Of a stretch of 64,000 bases of DNA, positions 21,952 through 33,950 are shown piece after piece. Position 1 is the first letter of the stretch. The number at the start of each line of letters is the position of its first letter. Under the pieces are notes generated by a model, which saw only the letters and a program-made list of their open reading frames with translations, had not been told where the DNA came from and searched no databases. Origin of the DNA: Monocercomonoides exilis PA203 (lineage: Eukaryota > Protista > Preaxostyla); the NCBI GenBank assembly GCA_001643675.2, contig LSRY02000006.1:620001-684000 (forward strand), given 5' to 3'. The position numbers were made by a program, and so were the translations under genes.

Positions 21952-24900
21952 ATGACATTTTCAGAATTATCGCCAAGTCGAAAATCACAAATATGTGATC
22001 AACTGGATATTTATTTAAAGCAAATATCTAAAAACGAAGAAAATATCTTATTGCAGTATTATTTGGAACATTCTTTAAAAGGAAAAGAAGTTCTGCAATA
22101 TTTCAATGAAATATTAAATGGTTTCAATATATTTCTTGAGACACATATTTATCATTTTCCTTTTTTTTTGTTTCAATCAAAGAGAAATTCAATAAAACTT
22201 TACTATACGCTGGATTTCTATTTGATATTTTGGATAAGAAAACCAAATCGCTTTTGTTACAAACATTCCTGAATGCAGTTGAAAGTTGCGATTTACAAAA
22301 AGCAGGATGGAATTGTTCTATTAATCAAATCAAACATGCAAAAAAAATGCTTAGGATGAATGGTTATTCGATTTGTCATTCGTCAAAACCCTCTCTTCCA
22401 AAGACAAAAAGACGTTTGATCATTTTGTTTTTTTTAATCGTTTTTTTAACAAATATACTAGCTTTATCTTTGTATTCTTTTTTGTTTTGTGAATGGTGGC
22501 TGAAAGAGCACACAACAGAAAGTTGTCAGTCTTCGTTGAAAAAAAGAGACAAAATTGTTGATCATTTAAGTGATGATGACTTGAATTTTCTGACAAATAA
22601 AACAACAACGAACACTTCAGAAAAATTCAATTTTAACATGCAAAAAGAAGCAAAAGAAATAAAAAACAATAAATTGATCTCTATCAAATTCTTTACAGTT
22701 AAAAACAGGAAATCAGAAAAATTATTCAATAAAACAAAACATATTCACGTCTGTTTCTCAATTAATTCACATGAACATAATAATATATAATTTAAAAAAA
22801 TTTTTTATTCAGACTTCAGAATATACACATAACATAAATCATTCATCATCATTAATTCATATTACAAACTCTACAAACAAAAATTATCAAACATTACAGC
22901 CGCTTAATTCATCATTCTCCTCAATTCCACTCATTTCCCACTCATATCCACAATATTACACTAATTTCTCAACTTTCCCTCTCACTCCTCACTCATTTTC
23001 ATCATCTTCCCCATCTTCCTCCACTTCTCCCCTCACTCCCCACTCATTTTCATCATCTTCCCCATCTTCCTCCACTTCTCCCCTCACTCCCCACTCATTT
23101 TCATCATCTTCCCCATCTTCCTCCACTTCTCCCCTCACTCCCCACTCATTTTCATCATCTTCCCCATCTTCCTCCACTTCTCCCCTCACTCCCCACTCAT
23201 TTTCATCATCTTCCCCATCTTCCTCCACTTCTCCCCTCACTCAACATTTTACATCTTCAAATTTATCATTTGATTCTTGTTCTCTTAACGCTATACAGGA
23301 ATGTAATGAATATGTGTTAAATCCTTTAACAAACAATGAATCAAATCATATTCAACACTCTGTTCAATATGTTAGAGATGGTACATTAGAAGATAATATT
23401 CAATGTGAAGATTCTATCGGAAACGCATGCGATTCAGAAACAAAACATTTATCACAATTAATAAACCACAACAAGAAATTATTTGAATTAAATGTATATA
23501 ACAAAACCGATCATAAAATGATATTGAGCAGAAATGTATGGTTAGAAGATGAAGAAAGAATTTATTTTGGAACGAAACGCGAGTTATGGAAACAAATGAT
23601 GAAAGAAATAGGCGTTAAAATGAGTTTTTCAACATTCTTTAAGATGACAAGAAATATAAAAAAATCTAAAAAGAGAACAGATTATTGCAATTTGTGCAAC
23701 AGAAAGGAATGTTTGGAAAATAGAATGAAAACTCATTCATTATCAAAGAAAGAAAAAGATGAATTACACATTTTGAAGATTCATGAAATTATTCAAAAAA
23801 AGCAAAGAGAATGTTTCCATAATAGTTCTGATCAATTGAAGGATGGGGAGGTCCTGGTTTTGCTTGATTTCAAACAAAACTGGACACTCCCCATCAAACA
23901 AACGCAAATAAGCAGAGATTTCTATAAAAAGAAAGAAATTTCCCACCTTGGGATAATTGCGTATTTTATTCAAAACAAAATAATAGGAAAAGAGTGTTTT
24001 CACTTTTTTTTCACTGTTTTATCAAAAGACAGTAGATACGCAATTGATTGTCTTCAAGTCTCTCTTTCAAACATCTTTTCCAAAACACAATTCCACTCAG
24101 GATCATGCCTGAAAGTGTGGACCGACTGCGGTCCCCATTTCAGGAATGGAGCATTCCTCCACTTCGTGCTCCATCCTTCTTCTTCTGTTTTTAAAAAATT
24201 CTCATCCACTTCGCTTTCCTTCTTTGCTGAAGGTCACGGAAAAAGCGAAGTGGATGGAGAGTTTGGGGTCCTCTCGAGAGAAGCACAGAACTCTCGAGAG
24301 GACATCTCATCTGTAGATGAGCTAATCTCTTTTTTCAAAAAAAGACTCAACTCATCAACAGATGAGATAGGAAGTGCCTCAATCAACAGGCACTTCCTCC
24401 CATACACCCCTCGGCTTCAGGTGAGAGTCTCACCGAAGCTGAGGGTTAAAGATTTAAAATTAAATCTTTTATGGAGCAGCGAAGAAGGAAGAATTCTCGC
24501 TGCTCCATACAACGAAGAAGAAAAAACTGGATGGAATGAAATTGATGTTGCTGTTTCTTTCGAAAGAGCAAAGAAACAAGCAACAAGCAAGAAGTATTCT
24601 TGTGTTCCCATTCCCACTGGGAAACAAACGCTTGCACTTATTCTTGGAAGATATGAAGGAGAAATAGAAAAGTGCAAGCGTTTTGAACTCCCGATTAACA
24701 AAGAAGAAGCAACAGAAGAATCAGACGAAGAAACAGGTAATTTTGATAATGAACCAAGATGTACTTTTTCTCAAAATGTTTGCCAATGTGATGTTATAGA
24801 CGAAGAAAGAAGGAAGAAAGCCGTTATTCTTTCTGATGAAGAAGCCGAAGACGATGACGATGACGTAGAAGAAAAAGAAAAAGATAATGAAGAAGACATT

Positions 24901-24990
24901 GATGATGAAGAAGATTATGAAGATGAAGAAGATTATGAAGATGAAGAAGATTATGAAGAAGAAGAAGATAATGGTTGCAGTTCCACTTAA
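21952..24990 (+). CDS. Sola2-like DDD transposase, apparently intact, intron-containing (~954 aa)
   Basis: Exons 21952-22120, 22183-22413, 22462-22748 and 22813-24990 join in frame through GT-AG introns of 62, 48 and 64 nt. Motifs: TDYCNLC...H (Zn-binding), LLDFKQN, SKDSRY, VWTDCGPHFRN and FFAEGHGKSEVDGEFG, matching the DFxxN / SDxxxxF / HGKxxxD pattern of Sola2-type transposases. Acidic tail. Confidence 0.75.
22978..23241 (+). repeat. 51-bp coding minisatellite, 5 full copies plus a partial (PLTPHSFSSSSPSSSTS)
   Basis: Near-perfect tandem units cc(c/t)ctcactcc(c/t)cactcattttcatcatcttccccatcttcctccacttct, all in frame. Confidence 0.95.
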
Positions 24991-25137
24991 TTGATATCTT
25001 TTCAGACATTTTGAGTTCATCAGATTTTGACGACACGCATCGACTTGCAACTTTATTTATTTCTTTTCTCCATTTCAATAGTTTATCGTTTCATAAACAA
25101 TTGTTCAAATAAAGCAACCAATTAAATATTTTCATCA

Positions 25138-28100
25138 TTATCTTCTGTCTTTCTCTTTTTGGTTCGCTATCTGTTTACGATCCTTCTTTTTGATTATCTC
25201 GTGAAAGCAATCCGATTCCAACAGCCTTATTTTCACCAGCATTTCAATCTCATCCAAATCTCCGTCAAAGTTTCTGTCTGAATCGTCGTAGTCACTGTCG
25301 TTTCTTTTCCAATGGTGATGAATTCTGCTTCTCCCCATCTCGTCCATCTTCATCGCTATTTGTATAATCCAACCGCTCGGACCGTTGTCTCTCTTGTTCC
25401 CCTATTCGCCTTCATTCAGAATCTTCTCCAGCTGACTCAGCTTTCTTTTGTCTCCTTTTGAAAGATTCCCTCTTGATTCAGTGAGCAGTTGCTCGCTCAT
25501 CATCTCCAACAGCATTTCTGCTGCTCTTTCGCGCTGCCTTGGCTCTTTTCCGAGTCACAGTCTGCCATCTCTGTGTCTTCGTGACTTCAAATAACTCAAG
25601 AAATGGGGCAATGGAGGAGAAGGAGGGAGGGCTTTCTGGGTGAGCGTGAACACGGTGGAGAAGAGAATTCGCAACGCAGCTCAGAAATCAGCGTTGAGGA
25701 ACAGAGAAGAAGGATGTCAATGTTGATGGAGAAACGTGATCGTTGCTGCTGTTCATCGAAGCTACCATCGAAGATGTGAGGCAGGACAAAGTGTACAGCC
25801 TCGTTCGCGAAGAGGCTGTTCCATTTCTCAGACGAGAAAATGGAAGGTCATCATCATCGTCTTCGTCATTGTCTTATGAATACGTCGACGAACGCTTCGA
25901 AGTCTTCAAACTTGTGTCTATTATTTCAATGTCTTCTGATTGGGTAGCTGTGTTTGCTTTGCTCGTGGCTTCTTCGACAGAAGCTTCATCCGCTTTCGAT
26001 AATTTTTGCTCTTCTTCTGGCTCTTTCTGAGTTTGTTGTGATGGTAATTGATCCCCTTTGCTGAGAATAGAGCTTTCCTCATTTCCCTTTTCCTCCTCAG
26101 TTTTCTTTGTTAGCTCTTTTTCCATTAGCTTTGCGTCATCTTAATTTTCTTTCAATTCATCTTTTGGCTTTTCATCAGTTTTTATTTCATCATTTTTGGA
26201 ATCGTTTTCTGCTTCTGCAACCTTTTCTTCCTTCTTCTCTGCTTCCAAAATGCTGGCAATTGTTGCAAGAGGAATACAAGTTGTAGTGTCAACTGGTTGA
26301 ATTGTTGATTGAATTCTTTTGTCGTTTTTGTCCAAATCGCTTTTTGTTGCTCTTCATTCATTTCTCAATCCATTCCATCTTCACAACTCCTTATCTTTTG
26401 GTATACTTTTTGTTTCACTTTCATCATCTTCTTTTCATATGGCTCTTTCTTTGGAGAAGTTGACAAAGATAGTTTGTTGATTCTCTTTCTCAGCTCAACA
26501 ATTTGATCGATCATTTTCTGGAGCTGTTTTTCAACTGAAGTGTGTTTCTTCTGCATTTCTTCTTTTTGCCGCTTCAGTCAATTAATCACTTTCTTTTCCT
26601 CTGCTTTAGCTTCTCAGGAAATTGGCTTCCATCGCTCTTCTTTTATCTTCATCTTTACTCTTATACTGTCGTTAATCTCGCAGAGCTGGCTCACATGCTG
26701 CATCCATTTCAGATGAAGTGTCTGCTCCTTTCTGAGCTTCCGCATCAGTCTTCTTTTCAGCTCTTGTTTTCTGTTCCGCTCTGCTAATTTTTGCTGCCTG
26801 ATGGTTATTCTCTTCTCCATCTTTCTGACGTGTCGTTCCTGGCGCACACATTCTTCGTCTGACTCTGAATATTCTGCAGCCTCTTCCCACGGAAGCTCAA
26901 CACATGAACGAGTGGAACAGATGGATGAAGTTGACTCATAGCTTGTTGAGAATGAGCGAGAAGGAGAAGTGTATGATGAGTACGAAGATGAAGGTGATAA
27001 GGAATTGCGATCTAATAAATTGAGCATGGAAGATCTCGCAAGCAAGCCAGTTTCTTTATTCGATGTAATTTGGTTGTCTCTGACATCGCTATTAAATATC
27101 CTTTTCTAAAGATGGTGAAATTTGGTTCTTCGCTTTTGAAATTTGCTTCCGTTTCGATTTCTCTTCTGGGAAAACAGCTTTCTTCGCATGAGAAGCAGAA
27201 TTTTGTGTTTTCTGTGTGCTCTTTCTTCTGATATCTCTGCCGTTCAATTCGGCCACCGATACAACTTTTGCTTCTGTTCAAAGGCCAGAGAGTTGAGAAT
27301 CTTGAGCTTTTGGTCAAAGCTCGCTGGTATCTGCATGTGGATCAACATTTTGTGCTCTTCTCTGAGGGGTGCGAATGACCCCACGTCATTCTGTCTTGTT
27401 CCATTATTCTTTCTGCCTCTTTCTGCATTGCTCGTCGCATTGGCCAATCTTGTCTTCTTTTGACAACACGCTGAATTGTCTCTCTGTTTTCTTTCAGCTC
27501 CTTCAGCCTTTCAAACATCTCCCATCCTTTTATCCTCTTCTCTCCATTCGATATTTCTTTAAAAATCCTCACCGGCTTAAACATTCCAATGAGAAATTTT
27601 GTTAGTGCTTGAAGTTCAGCCAAACGTTCAAAGAAGCAATGATCCGGATTGATTGAAAAAATCTCTGTGATTGAAATGCGATCGTCCAACGAAATGTGCT
27701 TCTCTTTCACAGCATCTTTGATCCACTCCCAGGCTTCGGCTTCTGTTTCCATGCACCAATACGCTCCAGGATATAGTGGAACAGTCAACTCCATCGCCTT
27801 TGCTGCGATGTACTCTCCTTCCACAATCTCTTTGAGCCATCGTTTCGCTCTGAGTTGGCTTTCCAACCCCACTTCTGCTCTGTTTGGAGTATCTGCGGGC
27901 CATTCAATTCGTCGGCATTCAACAACAACTGCAAAGTCATCCACTGAAAAATGGCAAATTGCGATGGCGGAGGAACAAATGGACGTTTCAGAGGCAAAAG
28001 TTGATTTGAAACAGATTCAATTGTTGAAAGTGATGCTTTACCGGTATTTTTTCTATCTTCTCCATTCTTATTGCTTGAAGAAGAAACATTTCCATCAAGT

Positions 28101-30404
28101 GAATGAATGTTCTTTGTGCAACTTTGGAGCAATTTAGAGAGAAGAACAGTTGTGGTGGCATTCGTACAAAGCAATGAATAATTATTTGTTTCGAGCAAAA
28201 GTGCTTAATTTGGTGAAGAAAGAATCACATTGTTCACAAAAGTGCCCGAAGGAATACTGCTCAAAGTGTGCAAATAATAATGCTCACAAAGTGGAAGGAA
28301 TGGATCTTGCCGCAAAGCAGTTATTTGTTCATTGTTTCCAACATCTTCATCGTTTGGTTATTTCAAATTTTCTGATTATCTAAACTTTTCGATTTCATTA
28401 TTCATTTTCGATTCAGACACTGTCTTTTCTTCTTTTCCTGCTGTAAATTTTTTTCATTAGCTTTTGTCGATTCTTCTTTCTCGCTGGATGCTCCGCCATT
28501 TGATATCTGTGATTCAACAGTTGCAACTTTGGAAGTTTTGCACGAAGATTCGCTCTCGTTTATTCCATCTTCTTTTTCTTTTTCTTCTTGTGGCGTTGCC
28601 TGTTTGGTGTACATGTTCTTCCAATAGTAATTCATCTCTTCGTTTGAATTTGTATCGATCCACTTCAATTTGGAGACAGTGATCATCGAAGAAAGCTTAA
28701 CAATCTCTTTGATGATCGGCTCCAACGATATCTTCGAAGAAAGAACCTCAGAAATAGAAAGCGGAAGAGAAAAAAGAACATTACAGAATGTGTGTCGAGG
28801 GCCAGCCGTAAAAACAAAAATGATAAAATCACAGACATATCCAGAAGGTGAAGAATTGTGCGAGCGAGTGAATCTGTGGATTTCATAGTCATCTCTGCTC
28901 TGATTCTGAACAGTGGGATGTATTGCACTTATTTTTGTATGCTCTTGAATGTATTCTTTTGTTGGAATCTGACAGTAATTATTCGCACATAATTCTGAAA
29001 CCTCTTCGTTTGCAAGTGCAAATCTGCTAGCGGATTTTACTTCATCGTCTTCAAATGACTTCTTTTGTGAACCAAAAAACTTGCTCGAAAGTTTATTTTT
29101 AATACTCGACAATTTTTGTTCATTTTCTTTCTTTCTCTTTTTCGTTAAGTATTCCTGCAATCTTTTCATGTTGGTCTCACGTATTGTTGACACTGGCGGC
29201 TCATCAACTTTGCTGTAGACAACTTAAAGCGCCTTGCCTTCCCACATCATCCATCTTCTTTCTCTCCATGTTATGTTGTCAAAATGACTTGCATTGCTTG
29301 TTTGAAATGCCAAAAATGAATCCAAATCATATCCAGTTCTCTTTCTTTTCCTTTCTCTTTCTTTTTCTCTTTCTGTATGACGTTGATCCCACTCGTTTGT
29401 GTATTTCATCACTTCAGCTTCTGTATTCCCAAAAACAGGCTCAACAATCAAACATTCTTTTCCACAGTTGCTATTCAACCATTTAATTTCATTCTTTTCT
29501 GCTTCATTGAAAGATGTCAAAGCAGTTTCATTGCTTTCTTGTTGACTTATTTCGGCTTTCTTTTTTTCAGACAACTTGTGTTGCATTTCTGAAAGAGTTT
29601 GTAACGCTTTGATAGAAACTGAAGAATTCGACTCTGGAAAGTTTGTTTGCAGATAACGAGGATGCTGTGTAATAAACTCGTTATGATCGCTCGTCCGCAG
29701 AACAGTGGAGCCTTCAAAACTGCGACATTGGCTGATTGGTCCTCTCTGATATTTGTAGCTTCCATTAAGAAAAGTGTTTGAAGGCAAGTCTTCCAAATTG
29801 TTGCAGAATAATAAATTTTGGCTTCAATTGTTTTTGTTTCTGGTGTAATTCCCACGGAATTTGAGATTAGAGTCCAACATTTCTTCGATTGCTTCTTTGC
29901 TGCATTTAATTAGTGATTCTGCTCTGTGCCAATGTTCTTGAGCGCAACACCATCGCCATCGGAATCCAGTAAATCTCCAAAAAAGAATGAAAATTCTTGT
30001 GAAGCTTTCTGCCTTTTTTGATTCAATTTTGTTTTCAGTTTCTTCCTTCAAATGTTCGTTTTGTTCAAAACGCTTTCCAAACGATCTGCCAAATAAACTT
30101 TTTCTTTCTTTTCGTTCTCTTTCTCAGTTCCGTAACTTTGTTTCTGCTTTTCGTAAAATTGGTTCTTTCTGTTTTGTGTCATTGTTAGTTCCAGTCATTC
30201 CATGTGATTGTCATCGCCAACACTTTCGTTGGTTCCACTCCAATTCCATAACCCCATCATCATGTCATGCCGCCATCTTTTTGTCTTCTGCTGAACTTCT
30301 TTCATAAAAGTTAGCATCTTTTCGCGAAGTATTGATTCCATTCTTTTTGTGCGAAACATATTGTTAAAGATGAAATTCTTCAAAAAAGTGTTTCTTTGAT
30401 TCAT
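25138..30404 (-). pseudogene. ~5.3-kb decayed coding region of unknown function (chain of co-oriented ORF fragments)
   Basis: Several minus-strand ORF pairs are in the same frame and separated by stops: 29224..29796/28402..29193, 27342..27944/27012..27317, 26614..27045/26365..26556 and 26141..26335/25874..26125. Frameshifts lie between the pairs. Coding-like composition throughout, with no obvious AT-rich intergenic gaps. Confidence 0.55.
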
Positions 30405-31152
30405 TGGCTGTCACAATGTTCATGAACGGAAAAATTGAAGAAAGAACAAGTACAGATGAAGAACTAATATGATCGCTTTATCCAGAAATTGAGTGAGATG
30501 TTGAATTGCCAGCATTTGGTGAGAATCCTTATGCCCATTTATCATCAATTGTCAATTTTCCCTTCCTTGAAACTGCTCCCTCATCCTTCAAATGAGTTCG
30601 AATTCATATCTCCATATTCCTTTATCTTTTTGTGACTTGGAAACGCTGTTCTATTGCAAATTATGTATCCATACAGAAAGTTAAAATTGAAAATTTCAGA
30701 AAAATTACACAACTCAAAATAAAACAACAAACCATTCAACTTTGTATATTCATTGCTCATTTGAACATATATAAGCAATTATTGGAGAATGAAATGCAAT
30801 TTTTCGTTCTGTGCATTGCAAATTTCAGTTCAAATATAAATAAGGATCATCAACAGAAGAATAAGTTTTCAACAAAAATTGATTCATGATATACCTTGAA
30901 CATTTTTGAACTCAGTGATTCCAACATGAACGAAGAAAAGATGAAGCATATTCATTGTTAATCAGCTATTTAAATTTTGATCATGGAAACAGAATATATA
31001 ATTTTATGTTTAAAAATGTTTTTTCTCATTTCGAAATTTGCAATAAACTAACAAACATTATTGTGAAAGTTTGTTTTATTAATAAGAATAATGGTAACGG
31101 TATGATTATTTATTAACTACCATGGGTCAAATTTTTGATCTGATGTCACTTT

Positions 31153-32546
31153 TCAAAAAAATTTAGCCAGTTGTTTATTGCTTTGAGGAGAATAATTCCC
31201 AAACAACTCTTCTCTCCAATCTTGCGAGGAAATAGAAGTTTCAGAATTGCAATTGTGAAAGTGGATGGGGGATCCAGATATGTGATCCAAAACTGGGGCA
31301 GCTGCAACAGGCCATACGCCTGTTTTTATGAACGCTACTTTTATAGTCGAAGGCATTAAAGCAGCAGTAACTGCTTCAGGGAGTGTGTCGACATGGGAAG
31401 ATCTGTAGGAATGTATCGAAAACGGAACAGGAACGTGAAATGTATTGTAAACAGTTATTTTCAAACGAGAAAAGATGCACGAGTGGAACGGCTGTAATTG
31501 ATGGGTAATATTTTGTGGAAAACACTTCATAATAATGTTGTGTTCCTCTGCAAAATCTGCCACAGAATCGTCTGAATGAGTTCCATGATTATCCATCAGG
31601 AACAGGGCTTTATGCACAGTGGATGGCTTAACTTTGGACACGATCCATGGAATCCTGCTATTGATCATGACACTTCTAAAAATCTCTTTAGTAATCCATC
31701 CCCCTGAGGAAGGAAGAACTTCAATATTGAAAGATGAAAGTTAAGAAAATTCTTCGGTTAAACATTTTGTTGGCCAAAGAAGAAATTTTTTTAGAGAGAA
31801 TCCATCTGCACATACACATAAGCACAATGTTGAATTTGGCACTTTTGGAGGAGCTGGAGAAGATGGAGGAATTTGATTTTTTATGACAAACAACCAGTTT
31901 GCTTGTGCTTTCACTTTTATTCAACGAAGATCCATCAAAATTAAATATTTTCGATGAATCAATGTTTCTACTGCTAATAACATCAGACAATTCTCCAAAC
32001 CATTGTCTCACATTCTCTGGCGATTGAGCTTATTTTTTTTAATAACTCAATAAATCTCGATTTTGTTCAATGTGTAATTTCACTTCTGTTTTATAGCTTA
32101 AATGCGCATTTTTTGTTGAGTTTTTTGGCTCTTCATTTTCACAGTATTCTTTTTCAAGAATATCCGCACACTAAGTTAAATATTTTTTTCCAAGGAAAAA
32201 AAAACCAAAAATAAATCAAACCATGTTTAGGACATTATGAACTTTAATTGTTTCTTTTTCTGATAATTTCACAAGGACTTGATTTTTCTATTATTTTGAC
32301 CTGGAGCGCATTTATTGTTAGAGGATGCCCATTTTCTCCAACATCTCTTCCTTCCTTCTATGCTTTAACCACTCTGAATAAAGCACCTTTCGAAATAATG
32401 TTTTCGCCAACAACGATTTGCCATTTCAGTTAATAATCACGGAGTGTAGCAAATATCTTTTTGGTTGTCGAAGGAATGGAACGTTATTTGTTGGATGCGA
32501 GTTCGCGATGAAGTTGAAGAAGAGAAAGATATGTTGAGTTACTCAT
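31153..32546 (-). pseudogene. pogo/Tigger-family (DDE_1) transposase pseudogene
   Basis: N-terminal HTH-like ISKGALFRVVKA*KEGRDVGENGHP, then IFNFDGSSL, GGWITKEIF, LFLMDNHGTH and FPQNITHQLQPFH (QPxD with D>H). Multiple stops and frameshifts. Confidence 0.85.
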
Positions 32547-32859
32547 GACATGTGGGGTATGATCAAATGAATAATCGTTGTAACTTTTGATTTGTGATGT
32601 ATTCGTTATTTATATATATATATAATATATTTTAATTCGCAATAAAACAAATATAAATATTTGGATTTATTTTTATTTGTTGTGAACACAAAAAATAAAA
32701 GAATTCATTGGTTTCAAAAACATCAGCCAAAATAATGAATTGTGTTCTTGTTTCTTTTAATTGATTAATGATTATTCCAGATGCAACTGTCTTGGATATT
32801 TTTTAAAAAAATTCAATATAGAGATTATTTTTCAGAAATGAACATGATCAATGTTTATG

Positions 32860-32903
32860 CAAGGATCGGGTTTCGCACCAAGGATCGGCTTTGGCACAGA
32901 CTG
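32860..32903 (-). repeat. Right terminal inverted repeat with two internal 19-bp direct repeats, flanked by TA (32904-32905)
   Basis: caaggatcgggtttcgcac-c-aaggatcggctttggcac-agactg|ta. It lies ~360 bp upstream of the pogo transposase ATG. Confidence 0.8.
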
Positions 32904-33134
32904 TAATTAGAGACTTAGGTCCGATTATGATTGATGACATAACACAAGAAAGTATTCAAAAATTTTTTGATGCACGAAAAAATGTGATTATTTGCAGTCT
33001 TGATTATAACCGAGGTGGTTATAACCGAGCTTCGCTGAAGAAATATTACCACAAATGCTTTATATAACAGCCTGTTGTGTGATAAATTACGCAAATTGAT
33101 GATGAATGAATTTTATTACAAAAAAGAAAAGAAT

Positions 33135-33513
33135 TTACTTCATAGTTTTTTTATTTTCACTTTTTCTCATCATAACTCCTTTTGTATCTGCTTTGTCTGC
33201 TTCAACTATCTTTTTTTCTTCCTTCGTATCATCATTAACTTTTGAGCTTTCCTTATTTTCCGTATCTTTATCATCTTTTTCCTTTTCAGTGGATTGCACA
33301 GCAGGTTCCTCATTTTTCTTTTTGCATGCACAGAGAATAATTATCGCAATAAGAACAACGACACCAGCACCTGCCGCACAATACATAAACAACGGCGTGT
33401 ATAAGAAATCAAATGGTGAAGCAGCTCCATTTGGCTTTAACTATAAAAAATAAAAAGAAAATTGTTTTTGTAACGCAAATGATAACAAAACAAAACAAAA
33501 TTTCAAGAATATT

Positions 33514-33563
<50 letters not shown>

Positions 33564-33915
33564 AGAGAAAGAGAAAGAAAGAAAGAGAGAGAAAGAGAGA
33601 GATAGAGAGAGAAGCATCAGATAAATATAAAACCGAATAATCAGGAAGATGCAGCTCAATTAAAAAAACCACACTTTTCCGCTCTGAATCTTGTCCAAAA
33701 ACTCGAACATTTTATTCTTTGTCCAGTTTTGTGCAGTTTCTGGACTTGCCGATGCTGGTAGTGTCCAATTGGTACTGAAAAAAAGAACATAATTCAATGG
33801 ATAAACAGATAATTTAACATAATGTCATCAACACAACATTAACATCGTGAAATAACCAGTAAAAATGAATGACGCAAGTACATAACAAAAACAAATACAT
33901 CCATCCAAAGGCACA

Positions 33916-33950
<35 letters not shown>

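Larger units (their letters stand above)
21025..32903. mobile_element. ~11.9-kb TIR-bounded composite or nested DNA-transposon region
   Basis: 40-bp inverted repeats at 21025-21064 and 32864-32903 match at 32/40 positions without gaps. The right end reads TA|CAGT on the minus strand (pogo/Tc1-like). The region encloses two different transposase genes. Confidence 0.6.

Noticed and set aside
22978-23241. Regular repeats as a CRISPR array
   Set aside because: The units are contiguous with no spacers, in frame in a eukaryotic ORF, and no cas genes are present.
25038-25046. gcatcgact matching the reverse complement of the left TIR start, as a right end for the Sola2-like gene
   Set aside because: Only 9 bp match with no extension, so chance is a sufficient explanation.
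25138-30404. Endogenous virus/Polinton or retroelement as the cargo
   Set aside because: No polB, packaging ATPase, capsid, integrase or reverse transcriptase motifs were recognisable.
3600-32546. In-frame TAA/TAG/TGA in mobile ORFs as a sign of a TAR=Gln code or TGA recoding
   Set aside because: The same regions contain all three stop types plus frameshifts and a mutated catalytic Asp. Host ORFs of over 4,000 codons have no internal stops and end in TAA/TAG. Ordinary decay (CAA>TAA, TGG>TGA) explains it.
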